This document shows positions 9,660-19,606 of a stretch of DNA of 64,000 nt, piece after piece; position 1 is the first letter of the stretch; each line of letters opens with the position of its first letter. The notes beneath the pieces are model-generated. The model was not told where the DNA came from and made no database searches. It was given only the letters and a program-made list of their open reading frames with translations. Both the position numbers and the translations under genes were made by a program. The DNA is taken from the NCBI GenBank assembly GCA_963828255.1, contig CAWHDZ010000012.1, forward strand, positions 1 to 64,000, given 5' to 3'. Source of the stretch: an uncultured delta proteobacterium (GTDB lineage: Bacteria; Myxococcota; Myxococcia; Myxococcales; Anaeromyxobacteraceae).

Positions 9660-10023
9660 GAATTGCCTCCCGGGTCGCACCCTAGCATCGGGCCGTCGAC
9701 TGTCAATGGGGGGGCACTGCCGCCTTGTCGGGTGAGCGCCGGAGCGCCGCCTCGGCCGGGCGCCCGGGGAGTCCAGATGAGAGCTCCCTCGTAATCGATC
9801 ATTTTCTGCCCCGAACGGCTGACCGGGTCGCATTCGTGAGCCCGCCCTGTCTATGTTGGCCGACATCGAAAAATCCGAGACGCGGGAGTCCCGTCGTCCA
9901 TCCCCACTTCGGGGTGGCGGCGCGCAGTGGGGTGAGTTGGCGCGGGCCACGAGGCGTGGGTCGCGCGGTCACGAGGCGAGTCAGACAGGTGTCCATCTTC
10001 TTCATGTCTCACGGAGGCAACGA

Positions 10024-12885
10024 ATGTTCCGCAAGGTGATCACAGCACTCACCGTGACGCTCATGGTCACGGCAGCCCAGGCCGCCGAGGATGTCGCCCG
10101 GATCTACGTCGTCCAGATGGACGGCGATCCGGTGGTGGCGTACCAGGGCGGCATCGCTGGCCTGGCCGCCACGCGCCCGGCCCGTGGGCAGAGGATCGAC
10201 CGGAGGCGCCCCGAAGTCGAACGCTATGCCAAGCACCTGACCGATCGGAGCGCCGCGGCCCTGCGCGCCGTCGGCGGTCGCAAGGTCCACGACTACCGCT
10301 TCAGCATCCACGGCTTCGCCGCGACCCTCACCCCCGCGCAGGCGGAGAAGCTCAAGTCGGTTCCCGGCGTCATCTCGGTGGAGCCGGACGAGATCCTGCA
10401 TCTCGACACCATCACCACTCCCGACTTCCTCGGACTCACCGGTCGAGGCGGGCTCTGGCACGACGTGGGCGGCGTCGAGCACGCCGGCGAGGACGTCATC
10501 GTCGGCGTCGTCGACGGAGGCATCTGGCCGGAGAGCCCCAGCTTCGCGGGACGCGGCTTCGACGACGACTACACAGAGCACAAGAACTGGGTCGGCCGGT
10601 GCGTCGCCGGGGAGGCCTTTCCGGCCACCACCTGCAACAACAAGCTCATCGGAGCCCGGTATTACGACGCCGGCTTCGGCGGACCCGCCAGCGTGAAGGC
10701 GCTGTTCCCGTACGAGTACAACTCCGCACGCGACGCCGATGGTCACGGGACCCACACCTCCAGCACCGCCGCGGGCAACCATGGCGTCACCGCCATGTGG
10801 GACGGCGTGAATCTCGGCAAGGCCAGCGGCATCGCGCCTCGCGCACGCCTCGCCATGTACAAGGCGTGCTGGGGCCGGGGCGGAGAGCCTGGGGCCGGGT
10901 GCGCCACCTCCGACACCGTGGCCGCCATCGACGACGCCGTCGCCGACGGCGTGGACGTGATCAACTACTCCATCAGCGGCTCCCGCACGAGCTTCCTCCA
11001 CCCGGTCGAGGTCGCGTTCCTCTACGCAGCCGACGCAGGCGTCTTCGTGGCCACGTCGGCCGGCAACAGCGGGCCAGCAGCGAGCACGGTCGCGCACAAC
11101 AGCCCCTGGGTGACGTCCGTCGCCGCTGGCACGCACGATCGGACCTTCATCGCCACGGCGACCCTGGGCAACGGGGCCAAGTACACGGGTCCCTCGATGA
11201 GCACCGGCACGCCGAGCCGCCCCCTGGTGCTCGCCGGGGCTGCCGGGCTGCCGGGAGTACCCGTGTCCAGCGCGAGCCGCTGCTTCATCGGCGCGCTCGA
11301 CCCGGCGATCGTGACCGGGAAGATCGTGGTCTGCGATCGTGGCTCGAACGCCCTGGTGGAGAAGAGCCAGGTGGTGAAGGACGCCGGAGGCGTGGGCGTG
11401 CTCCTCGTCAACGTCCCCGGAGGCGCTACCACCCAGCTCGTCCTTCCCCACTCGGTCCCGACCATCCACCTCAGCCAGGAGGACGGCGTCGCCATCAAGG
11501 CCTACGTGGGTGGTGCCGCGAGTCCCGTGGGGCAGCTCGGGATCATGGTCGCCACCAAGCAGTACGCCCCCTTCGTGGCCGACTTCTCGTCTCGCGGCCC
11601 CGCGCTCTCCTCCGGCGACATCCTGAAGCCGGACATCATGGCCCCGGGCCAGGACATCCTGGCAGCCGTCTCGCCGGTGAACGGAGGCCGCAGCTTCGAC
11701 TTCTACTCCGGCACGTCGATGTCGAGCCCCCACATCGCCGGCGTCGCGGCGCTGCTCATGGGGAAGCACCGTGACTGGAGCCCCGCCATGATCCGCTCAG
11801 CCATGGTGACCACCGCGAGCCGCACCATCGCGGGGGTCTTCGCGATTCCCGGTGGGTTCTTCGACTACGGCGCCGGTCAGGTCGTGCCCACGTCCGCCAA
11901 CGATCCCGGTCTGGTGTTCGACGCCGGCTTCGACGACTACATCGCGTTCCTCTGCGGGACGGGCCAGCTCACCGCCTCCTACTGCCCGTCCATCGCCATC
12001 CGCCCGTCCAACCTGAACCAGGCGTCCATCGGCGTCTCCGCCCTCACCGGCGTCCGGACGGTGACCCGGACCGTGACCAGCGTCTCCTCGGAGAGGGAGA
12101 CCTACGCGTGCTCGGCCAGCGTTCCCGGCTTCACCGCGACGGTGAGCCCGGCTTCCTTCACCATCCGCAAGGGAAGGACCCAGGCACTGAGCGCCACGTT
12201 CACCCGCGGCACGGCTCCCTTCGGAGCCTACGCGCAGGGCTTCCTCACCTGCACCGGCAACCGCGGCCACGTGGTGACGAGCCCCGTCGCGCTCCAGCCG
12301 CTGATCCTCAGCGCGCCGGCCCAGCTGGCGAGCACCGGGGGTTCGCTGAGCTACCCGGTGACCGCCGGGTTCTCCGGCCCGTTCACGGCGTCTCCCGCCG
12401 GGCTCGTGCCGGCCGACACCGCCGACGGATCGGTCTCCGACGCCGAATCGGTCTGGTACGTGGTCGATGTCCCGGCGGGCTCGGTGCTGGCCCGCTTCGC
12501 GCTGTTCGATGCGACCACGGCGCCCGCCAGCGACCTCGACCTGTACGTCTACCGGGCGGACGGGACCATCGTGGGGACCAGCGCCGGCGCCACCTCCGCC
12601 GAGCAGGTCGATCTCGCCCGCCCCTCGGCAGGCACCTACTACGTCGAGGTCAACGGATACGCGACCGCCAACCCGAGCACCTTCCGGCTCTTCGCCTGGG
12701 TGGTCGGCCCCGACGCCGGGAACACGACGGTGAGCGCCCCGTCCACGGTCACCGTCGGTGGCACCGCGACGATCGACCTATCGTTCGCCGGGCTCCTGCC
12801 CGCCACCAAGTACCTGGGCGCCGTCGTGTACGGTGGCGGGGCGGAAGGCGCCGCGCCGACCGTGGTCCAGGTCGAGACGCCGTAG
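10024..12885 (+). CDS. Subtilisin-like S8 serine protease with I9 propeptide, PA, Fn3-like and PPC domains
   Basis: Catalytic motifs VGVVDGGIWP, DGHGTHTSSTAAG, SGTSMSSPH; GKIVVCDRG (PA); SDLDLYVY (PPC); signal peptide. Confidence 0.93.
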   Translation: MFRKVITALTVTLMVTAAQAAEDVARIYVVQMDGDPVVAYQGGIAGLAATRPARGQRIDRRRPEVERYAKHLTDRSAAALRAVGGRKVHDYRFSIHGFAATLTPAQAEKLKSVPGVISVEPDEILHLDTITTPDFLGLTGRGGLWHDVGGVEHAGEDVIVGVVDGGIWPESPSFAGRGFDDDYTEHKNWVGRCVAGEAFPATTCNNKLIGARYYDAGFGGPASVKALFPYEYNSARDADGHGTHTSSTAAGNHGVTAMWDGVNLGKASGIAPRARLAMYKACWGRGGEPGAGCATSDTVAAIDDAVADGVDVINYSISGSRTSFLHPVEVAFLYAADAGVFVATSAGNSGPAASTVAHNSPWVTSVAAGTHDRTFIATATLGNGAKYTGPSMSTGTPSRPLVLAGAAGLPGVPVSSASRCFIGALDPAIVTGKIVVCDRGSNALVEKSQVVKDAGGVGVLLVNVPGGATTQLVLPHSVPTIHLSQEDGVAIKAYVGGAASPVGQLGIMVATKQYAPFVADFSSRGPALSSGDILKPDIMAPGQDILAAVSPVNGGRSFDFYSGTSMSSPHIAGVAALLMGKHRDWSPAMIRSAMVTTASRTIAGVFAIPGGFFDYGAGQVVPTSANDPGLVFDAGFDDYIAFLCGTGQLTASYCPSIAIRPSNLNQASIGVSALTGVRTVTRTVTSVSSERETYACSASVPGFTATVSPASFTIRKGRTQALSATFTRGTAPFGAYAQGFLTCTGNRGHVVTSPVALQPLILSAPAQLASTGGSLSYPVTAGFSGPFTASPAGLVPADTADGSVSDAESVWYVVDVPAGSVLARFALFDATTAPASDLDLYVYRADGTIVGTSAGATSAEQVDLARPSAGTYYVEVNGYATANPSTFRLFAWVVGPDAGNTTVSAPSTVTVGGTATIDLSFAGLLPATKYLGAVVYGGGAEGAAPTVVQVETP

Positions 12886-12907
12886 CCGACCGGCATCTCC
12901 GTTCCAC

Positions 12908-12946
12908 CACGGACCGCGGCTCGCAGAGCCGCGGTCCGTGCCTTTT
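12908..12946 (+). terminator. Intrinsic terminator between convergent genes
   Basis: Perfect 15-bp stem CACGGACCGCGGCTC-GCA-GAGCCGCGGTCCGTG followed by CCTTTT. Confidence 0.8.
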
Positions 12947-13342
12947 CTACCTCCGGAACCCGCCGCCCGGCGGCACGCTGCCGCCAAGGATGCCCGGGTC
13001 CGCTCCGGCGCCCGGCACGATGATCGACGAGGCCTGCTGGCGGCGCATCTCCTGGAGCTGCTGGATGGTCCTCTCGACGCCGACCTTGGCGGCGGCGCCG
13101 TACCCGGTCACCGCCGCACCCAGGTTGGGCGCGTCGATCTCGAAGCTCACCGGAAGCGGGCCGACCTGGGTCACGATCTGGGCCTCGCCGATGTAGATCA
13201 CCTTGCGGCCGAGGTCGGCGATCCCCTCGGAGGTCACCGGCACGAGCGCCCGGATCGTCCCGATCTTGCGGTCCGTGTAGATCTCCTCGCGGTACAGCGA
13301 GGCAGCGTCCATCTGGATGTCCATCTCGGGCATGTCGGCCAT
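12947..13342 (-). CDS. Conserved hypothetical cytoplasmic protein
   Basis: Clean ORF with host-like codon usage; LYREEIYTDRKIGTIR motif; C-terminal SSIIVPG. Confidence 0.75.
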   Translation of the reverse strand: MADMPEMDIQMDAASLYREEIYTDRKIGTIRALVPVTSEGIADLGRKVIYIGEAQIVTQVGPLPVSFEIDAPNLGAAVTGYGAAAKVGVERTIQQLQEMRRQQASSIIVPGAGADPGILGGSVPPGGGFRR

Positions 13343-13381
13343 TCTGAAGCTCCGGTAGGTTGGAAGGGGTGCCCCCGGATA

Positions 13382-14179
13382 TCACGGGGGGAGGGACTGG
13401 AGGAACTCCGCGGCGAGGCGGGTGGCCTCCCCGGCGGCGCGGGGGCTCGCGTGCGGGGCGTGGCCGCTATCCACCCAGGCGATGCGGGCGTCGGGGAGAG
13501 CGGCGCAGGCGGCCTCGATCTCCCCCGGCTCCGTGCGCGGGTCGCGGGAGCCGTGCAGGAGGAGCACCGGGCAGGTCACCTCGCCGAGCCGCCCCTCGTA
13601 GACGTCGCCCCCCTCGCGCCGGCCGCGCTCGATGATGCGCAGCCAGGCCCGCGCACCCTCGGAGATGATCCCGCGCCAGCGGGGCTCGCCGTGGTCGCGG
13701 ACCAGCGCCTCCACCACCGCCGGGCCGAACTCCTCCGGACGGTTCGCCGCGGTCTCGAAAAAGGGGAGGGATCCCACCTTGGCGCGAAAGAAGTGGGCGG
13801 CCTCGAGGACCATGCCGCGCACGCGACCGGGGGCCTCGATGGCCATCCAGGCCGCCACCACCGCGCCGTCGCTGTGCCCCCAGAGCGCGGCCCGCTCGAT
13901 GCCGAGCGCGTCCATGACCCCCAGGCACTCGACCGCGAACATCCGGTGGTACCCGTCCGGAACGGCGGTCAGGAGCGGGGAGCCGCCGTAGCCGGTCCGG
14001 TCGGGTGCCACCAGGCGGAACGTCCCGGAGAGTTGCTCGAGCTGCCGGTCGAACGGGTAGGCCTCCCAGCCCCAGCCGCTGTGCAGGAGCACCACCGCAG
14101 GGCCGCTCCCGGCCTCGCGGACCAGGATCCGGCAGGGCGCGCCGGGCAGGATCGGGGACTCGACCTCGACGACGCCCAT
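13382..14179 (-). CDS. Alpha/beta fold hydrolase
   Basis: VVLLHSG, PDRTGYGGS, nucleophile elbow GHSDGA, GSRD and SGHAPH. Confidence 0.88.
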   Translation of the reverse strand: MGVVEVESPILPGAPCRILVREAGSGPAVVLLHSGWGWEAYPFDRQLEQLSGTFRLVAPDRTGYGGSPLLTAVPDGYHRMFAVECLGVMDALGIERAALWGHSDGAVVAAWMAIEAPGRVRGMVLEAAHFFRAKVGSLPFFETAANRPEEFGPAVVEALVRDHGEPRWRGIISEGARAWLRIIERGRREGGDVYEGRLGEVTCPVLLLHGSRDPRTEPGEIEAACAALPDARIAWVDSGHAPHASPRAAGEATRLAAEFLQSLPP

Positions 14180-14196
14180 GCGGTGCCGGCCCTGGC

Positions 14197-14601
14197 TCAG
14201 GGTGACGCTGGCCGGGACGCCCGGATGGAACGGGCGAGCGCCACGTCGTGGCTGCGGATGTGCTCGGCGAACCAGTGGTGGAGCGCGGAGGCGAAGTTGC
14301 GGGTGGGCTGCACGTTCCCGCTGGCGAACTCGGCGCGGACCTGCTCGATCTGCTCCACCAGCCGGGCGTGCTCGAGCTGGTGAGCCGCGAACTCCGGATA
14401 GGCGTGGAGCCGCATCAGGATCTCCTCGGTGGCGAAGTGCACCCGGCTGAGCTCGGAGAGCTGCTTCAGCAGCTCCTCCACGGGGGCCCGCGGCGCCGCA
14501 TCCACCGCCTTCTCGAGCGCGTGGACCACGCCCAGGAGCAGGTCGTGCTCCGCATCCATCTCCTGCTCTCCCACCCCGATGGCCTCGGAGCTCCTGACCA
14601 T
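14197..14601 (-). CDS. Bacteriohemerythrin
   Basis: DAEH, HFATEE, HQLEH, HIRSHD iron-ligand pattern. Confidence 0.88.
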   Translation of the reverse strand: MVRSSEAIGVGEQEMDAEHDLLLGVVHALEKAVDAAPRAPVEELLKQLSELSRVHFATEEILMRLHAYPEFAAHQLEHARLVEQIEQVRAEFASGNVQPTRNFASALHHWFAEHIRSHDVALARSIRASRPASP

Positions 14602-14682
14602 GCGTACCTCCCCGCGGAGCGCTCGCCCGCGTCCCCCCTATCTAGCGCGGAATCCGGCCGGCGACACGGATACACTCCAGGG

Positions 14683-15789
14683 GTGCGCATCCTCTACGGG
14701 GTGGTCGGCGAGGGAATGGGGCACGCCATCCGGTCCCGGGTGGTGCTCGACGAGCTTTCCCGGCGCCACGAGATCGAGGTGGTGGTCTCGGGCCGGGCCC
14801 ACGCGTATCTGAAATCCCTCGAGTCGGAGCGCCTGGGCGTGAACCGCATCTGGGGGCTCTCGCTGGTCTACGAGGACAACCAGATCCGGAACTTCCGGAC
14901 CCTCCTCGCCAACCTGAAGGGGGCGCTCGTCGAGGGGGGCTGGCCGGAGAACATCCGGGCCTTCTTCGACCTCGCCGAGCGCTTCCGCCCCGACGTGGTG
15001 GTGAGCGACTTCGAGTCCTGGAGCTACCTCTTCGCCCGCATGAACGGGATCCCGGTCATCTCGCTCGACAACCAGCAGATCGTTGCCCGCTGCGAGCTGC
15101 CCCCGGAGGTGCTCGCTGGGCACGAGGCCGAGGCCCAGCTCACCCGCGCCATCGTGAAGGCCAAGCTGCCCGGCTGCCTGCACTACCTGGTCACGACCTT
15201 CTTCCATCCACCTGTCGTGAAGCCACGCACGACGCTGGTACCTCCCATCCTGCGCCCGCTGGTGCTCTCTGCCCGGCCCGAGGAGGGGGAGCACCTGCTC
15301 GTCTACCAGACCTCCACGAGCGACGCGGCGCTGCTCGACCGGCTGCGCGCCACCGGCCTGGAGTGCCGGGTCTACGGCGTCCGGCGCGGCATCCGGGCCG
15401 AGGAGCGGGACGGGAACCTGCGCTTCAAGCCCTTCTCCGACGAGGGGTTCGTGGACGACCTCCGCTCCGCGCGCGGCGTGGTGGCGAATGGAGGCTTCAC
15501 CCTGCTCGGCGAGTCGGTCTACCTGCGCCGCCCCCTGCTCTCGGTTCCGGTCCGCAAGCAGTTCGAGCAGGTCCTGAACGCCCGCTATCTCCAGAAGGAG
15601 GGTTACGGGATCGCCGCGGAGGAGGCCACCGGGGAAGTCCTGAGCCAGTTCCTCGAGCGGCTGCCCGAACTGCGCCGCAATCTGGAGGCCTACCACCAGG
15701 ACGGCAACCGGGCCCTCTTCTCCCGGCTCGACGAGCTTCTCGCCGCGGTCGAGCGAGGGGACCGGGCGCCTGACGACCTCTCGGATTGA
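14683..15789 (+). CDS. MJ1255/VC2487-type glycosyltransferase (GT-B)
   Basis: RILYGVVGEGMGHAIRS, VVSDFE, ANGGFTLLGE, QFEQVLNA. Confidence 0.85.
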   Translation: MRILYGVVGEGMGHAIRSRVVLDELSRRHEIEVVVSGRAHAYLKSLESERLGVNRIWGLSLVYEDNQIRNFRTLLANLKGALVEGGWPENIRAFFDLAERFRPDVVVSDFESWSYLFARMNGIPVISLDNQQIVARCELPPEVLAGHEAEAQLTRAIVKAKLPGCLHYLVTTFFHPPVVKPRTTLVPPILRPLVLSARPEEGEHLLVYQTSTSDAALLDRLRATGLECRVYGVRRGIRAEERDGNLRFKPFSDEGFVDDLRSARGVVANGGFTLLGESVYLRRPLLSVPVRKQFEQVLNARYLQKEGYGIAAEEATGEVLSQFLERLPELRRNLEAYHQDGNRALFSRLDELLAAVERGDRAPDDLSD

Positions 15790-16017
15790 TTTTGCAGGAG
15801 GCCTGCCAAGGGTGACGCCGAGGCAAGCGCCCGGAATCAGGATGCCGCCCCCGCGCGACGCGCCGGGTCACGACGGCCCGCGGGTTCGGTGACGGAACCG
15901 GGCGGCCTGGATGCGACCCGAATGGGCTCGCGAGCGGGCTTGCCCCGGGCGATATCCCTGGTACCTTCGTCGCCGGACCTTGGGGCAAGGTGGGAGGCGG
16001 CGATGGGCGTGGGAGCA

Positions 16018-16215
16018 ATGACGATGGATGCGGCCGGTGATGTCTTCGGCCTCGTGGATTCGGTCATCCGCCAGCACGGGGTCCACCCGAACGAGCAGGT
16101 GAGGTCTCTGCTCGCCGCGGCAGCCGAGCAGCGGATGCGGGAGCGCGGAGAAGCATTCGGCATCGCCGTTCCGCGCGCCATGGCCGCTCTCGTGACCGCC
16201 GCCCAGCGACGCTGA
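16018..16215 (+). CDS. Small hypothetical protein
   Basis: GGAG before ATG; short helical-looking ORF filling the gap; no recognised motif. Confidence 0.4.
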   Translation: MTMDAAGDVFGLVDSVIRQHGVHPNEQVRSLLAAAAEQRMRERGEAFGIAVPRAMAALVTAAQRR

Positions 16216-16239
16216 GCCCGGGCTGCCGCGGAGACGCGG

Positions 16240-16806
16240 TCACTTCCCGGACAGCAGGGCCGCCTTGAGCTCCTCGAGGCCGCCGTCCGTGGGCTTCGGG
16301 CCGAGCCAGATGCGGAAGAGCGCATCGGCGAAGTCCTTGCCCTCGACGGTGATGGTCTTGCCGCCCTCGACCCCGATCGTCGTGCCCTGGCCGGGCGCGT
16401 AGGAGACGGCGAGGACCTGCTTCTCCTTGAACTCCGGCGGGAACGAGGTCTCGACCAGCTTCAGCCTGGGGGCCAGCGCCGCCGACTGGCCGGGCGAGTT
16501 GCTCTCGATGCCGTCGCGGAAGGCGGAGAGCATGGTCTCCTTGTCCACGTCGCGCAGGAGCGTGAGGCGGAGGACCTTGGGCGCGTCGAGCGCGACGATG
16601 GCGACGGCGTCGGTGGAGCGCTGGGTCACGTAGAGCGCGCCCACGTACACCTTGACGGCGAAGATGGTCTTCGTGCGCACGCCGGCGCCGTTCAGGACCA
16701 GCGTCTTGCCGTCCACGGGGAGGGATTCGGCCACTGTCACGCCCGCGACCTCCGTGGCGGAGGCGGGCAGGGCGGCGAGCAGGAGCGCTGCGGCGAGGAT
16801 TCGCAT
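16240..16806 (-). CDS. Chalcone isomerase-like periplasmic protein
   Basis: Signal peptide; LVLNGAGVRTK..VKVYVGALY; FADALFRIWLG. Confidence 0.88.
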   Translation of the reverse strand: MRILAAALLLAALPASATEVAGVTVAESLPVDGKTLVLNGAGVRTKTIFAVKVYVGALYVTQRSTDAVAIVALDAPKVLRLTLLRDVDKETMLSAFRDGIESNSPGQSAALAPRLKLVETSFPPEFKEKQVLAVSYAPGQGTTIGVEGGKTITVEGKDFADALFRIWLGPKPTDGGLEELKAALLSGK

Positions 16807-16906
16807 GTGGACCTCCGGGTGTGGGAGGCGCCACGATAGGATGCCCGGGCATGAAGAGCCAGATCCGCTGCCCGACCCTCGAGACCCGGACCCGCCAGGA
16901 GGCGAG

Positions 16907-19606
16907 ATGACGGCCGGGCGCGTGGTGCGGTTCCTGGCGATGGCCCTGGCGCTCGGCGGGCCGCTCGCGCTCCAGGCGCAGGAGGTCCGGCAATTGCTCG
17001 TGAAGAAGGGCACTCTGACGGGCGACCAGTACCTGGCGGGCAGCACCGTCGACGTCCACGGGACCGTGGAGGGGGACCTCACCATGGTGGGGCTCCAGGC
17101 CGGGCTCGACGGGACCGTGAGCGGCGACGTGAACGCCGCCGCGCTCCTCGTGCACGTGGGCGGGGTGGTCGGGGACGACGTGCGGGCCCTGGGCGGCCGG
17201 GTGATCGTGCAGGGCTGGGTGAGCGGCGACCTCCTGGCGGCGGGCGGAGAACTCTCGCTCACCCGGGGGACGAGGGTCTGGGGAAAGGCGATGCTGCTCG
17301 GGCGGCGGATCGTGGACCTGGGCGACGTGGACGGGGACCTCGACGCCACGGGGTCGTACGTGGAGATCGACGGCGACGTGCTGGGGACAGTCCGCCTTCG
17401 CTCCGACGAGGTGGTGATCGGTCCGAAGGCGCGGCTGCGCGGCGACCTCGTGGTCCTGGGGGCGAACCCTCCGCGCATCGCCGAGGGGGCGAAGATCGCG
17501 GGGAAGGTCACCGTCTCCGCGCCGCTCCCAGCCACCCTGGGCGCATGGGTCGTGGCCGGGGCGCGGGCGGCGCTGATGCAGATCGGGATGCTGCTCCTCG
17601 CATGGGCCTGGATGGCGCTCGCGCCGGTGCTGGCCAGGGACGCCGCGGCCATCGAGTGGCGAAATCCGGGGCTCGCCGAGACCATGGGCGTCGCGGCGGT
17701 CTTCGGGCTCCCGCTCGCCGCCGTGCTGCTCGCGCTCTCGATCGTGGGCATCCCGGTCGCGCTGGGCGTGGCGTGCGCCTGGGTGCTGCTCGTGCTGGCC
17801 GGATACTCCTCCACCGCCATCTTTCTGGGCGCCTGGCTGCGGGCCCGGACGCGGCGAATCCCGGGCGTTCCCGGGCTGCGCTCGCGCCTCCTCTGGACCC
17901 TGGCCGCGCTGCTTCTCCTGAGGGCGGCGTCAGCCCTGCCCTGGGTCGGCTGGGTGGTGACGGTGGGTGCGGTGCTGGCCGGCGCGGGTGCGGTGGCGCG
18001 CGCCGCCCAGCTGGCCCACGCGCGGCGGGCGCCGGGGAGAGGGCTGGGGGCCGCCGTCCTCCTGCTCCTCGTCGCCGCCGCTCCGGCCACGGCCGCCGAA
18101 CCCGCGCTTCCGCAGGGGACCGGGGCCGGGCTCGCTGCGGTGAGCCCGGCCGCGCTCTCCGCGGGGACCCGCTTCCTCTCCTCCGACCTGCTCGAGGGGC
18201 GGGGGACGGCCACCCGGGGGCACGAGATCGCGGCGCTCTGGGTGGCCACGCAGATGCAGGCCATCGGCCTCGAGCCGGCCGCGGGGGACGGGCGCTGGGA
18301 GCAGACCGTGCCGCTCCGGGCATGGCGCGTGGACCCGGAAGCATCCTCGCTCGTGGTCCACGGGCCGGGCAGCCCCCCTGTCCGGCTGGTGCGCGAGTTG
18401 GACTTCGTCTCCCTGTCCGACGGCGAGAACGCCGAGGTGGAGCTCGACGGCGCGACCGCATTCGTGGGCTACGCCATCTCCGCGCCGGAGTACGGCTACG
18501 ACGACATGAAGGGGATCGACCTCACCGGGAAGATCGCCGTCGTGCTGATGGGCGCCCCGTCCTCCGACCGCCCCGACTTCTTCCCGCCGGCGCCCGGCGC
18601 CGCCTACGCCGACCGGCCGGGGAAGCTGCGAAGGCTGGCGGCTCGCGGCGCGGCCGGTGTGATCCTGGTCTACACGCCCGACTCGGAGCGGATTCTCCCC
18701 TGGGAGGTCTTCGCCCGGAACGCCCGGCTCGAGGGGATGGGATGGACCGAGGGGACCCGGTTCGGCGACGGCGCCGGCGGGCTTCCGGCCCGCGCGGTGG
18801 TGTCGATGCGCGGGTTCGAGAAGCTGGCGGCTGCCGCGGGCGTGGCGGGTGGGGCCCGCGGGATCCTGGACAGGGCCGAGGCGAACCGGCTCGCCGCCGA
18901 GGACTGGCCCGTCAAGGCCCGCATGCGGTCGGTCGCCGAGGTCCGCACCACCCGCTCGGTGAACGTCCTGGGGATCCTGCGCGGCTCCGACCCGGCCCTG
19001 GCCCGCGAGACCGTGGTGGTCACGGCCCACCTCGACGGAGCCGGGGACAGCGCCGTCGGCGTGGCCGTGCTCCTCGAGGTGGCGCGGGCCTTCGCCGCGC
19101 TGCCGCGGAGGCCGGCCCGCTCGGTGCTCTTCGCCGCGGTCACCGGGCAGGAGAAGGGGCTGGTCGGATCCTCGTTCCTCGCCACCCACCCGGTGGTGGC
19201 GCCGGAGGGGATCGTGGCCGCCCTGAACGTGGACGGCGCGCCCACCACCTCGCCCCTCGAGTCCGCCGTGGCGCTGGGGGCGGAGCACTCGACGCTCGCG
19301 GTCGCGGTCCGGCGCGCCGCCGGTTCACTTGGGGTGAATCTCGTCCCCGACCCCGTCCCCCGGGCCGGCGCCTTCGTCCGCTCCGACCAGTGGAGCTTCG
19401 TGAGGGTCGGCGTGCCCTCGCTCCACCTTGCCCCGGTGGGGAAGCCGGGGGTGGACGGGGCATGGCTCTGGGAGGAGACGGCCCGCTTCGCGCGGCTGCA
19501 GTTCCTCGTCGCCCTCGTCGTGGCGGACGGCGCCGACCGCCCTGCCTGGAACAAGGGCGACTTCTTCGAGCGGTTCGTGCAGCCGCCGCCGCCGGCCAGG
19601 AGATAG
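16907..19606 (+). CDS. Fusion: bactofilin-like beta-helix + multi-TM segment + PA-domain M28 peptidase-like domain
   Basis: Repeated V-x-G-D-[LV] motifs; hydrophobic helices; EGRGTATRG, DLTGKIAVV, NVLGILRGSDP, AHLD, RSDQWSF. Confidence 0.75.
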   Translation: MTAGRVVRFLAMALALGGPLALQAQEVRQLLVKKGTLTGDQYLAGSTVDVHGTVEGDLTMVGLQAGLDGTVSGDVNAAALLVHVGGVVGDDVRALGGRVIVQGWVSGDLLAAGGELSLTRGTRVWGKAMLLGRRIVDLGDVDGDLDATGSYVEIDGDVLGTVRLRSDEVVIGPKARLRGDLVVLGANPPRIAEGAKIAGKVTVSAPLPATLGAWVVAGARAALMQIGMLLLAWAWMALAPVLARDAAAIEWRNPGLAETMGVAAVFGLPLAAVLLALSIVGIPVALGVACAWVLLVLAGYSSTAIFLGAWLRARTRRIPGVPGLRSRLLWTLAALLLLRAASALPWVGWVVTVGAVLAGAGAVARAAQLAHARRAPGRGLGAAVLLLLVAAAPATAAEPALPQGTGAGLAAVSPAALSAGTRFLSSDLLEGRGTATRGHEIAALWVATQMQAIGLEPAAGDGRWEQTVPLRAWRVDPEASSLVVHGPGSPPVRLVRELDFVSLSDGENAEVELDGATAFVGYAISAPEYGYDDMKGIDLTGKIAVVLMGAPSSDRPDFFPPAPGAAYADRPGKLRRLAARGAAGVILVYTPDSERILPWEVFARNARLEGMGWTEGTRFGDGAGGLPARAVVSMRGFEKLAAAAGVAGGARGILDRAEANRLAAEDWPVKARMRSVAEVRTTRSVNVLGILRGSDPALARETVVVTAHLDGAGDSAVGVAVLLEVARAFAALPRRPARSVLFAAVTGQEKGLVGSSFLATHPVVAPEGIVAALNVDGAPTTSPLESAVALGAEHSTLAVAVRRAAGSLGVNLVPDPVPRAGAFVRSDQWSFVRVGVPSLHLAPVGKPGVDGAWLWEETARFARLQFLVALVVADGADRPAWNKGDFFERFVQPPPPARR

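Noticed and set aside
15794..15811. Minus-strand sigma54-like TTGGCAGGCCTCCTGCAA
   Set aside because: Points antisense into the glycosyltransferase with no nearby target; also explainable as a small hairpin after the stop.
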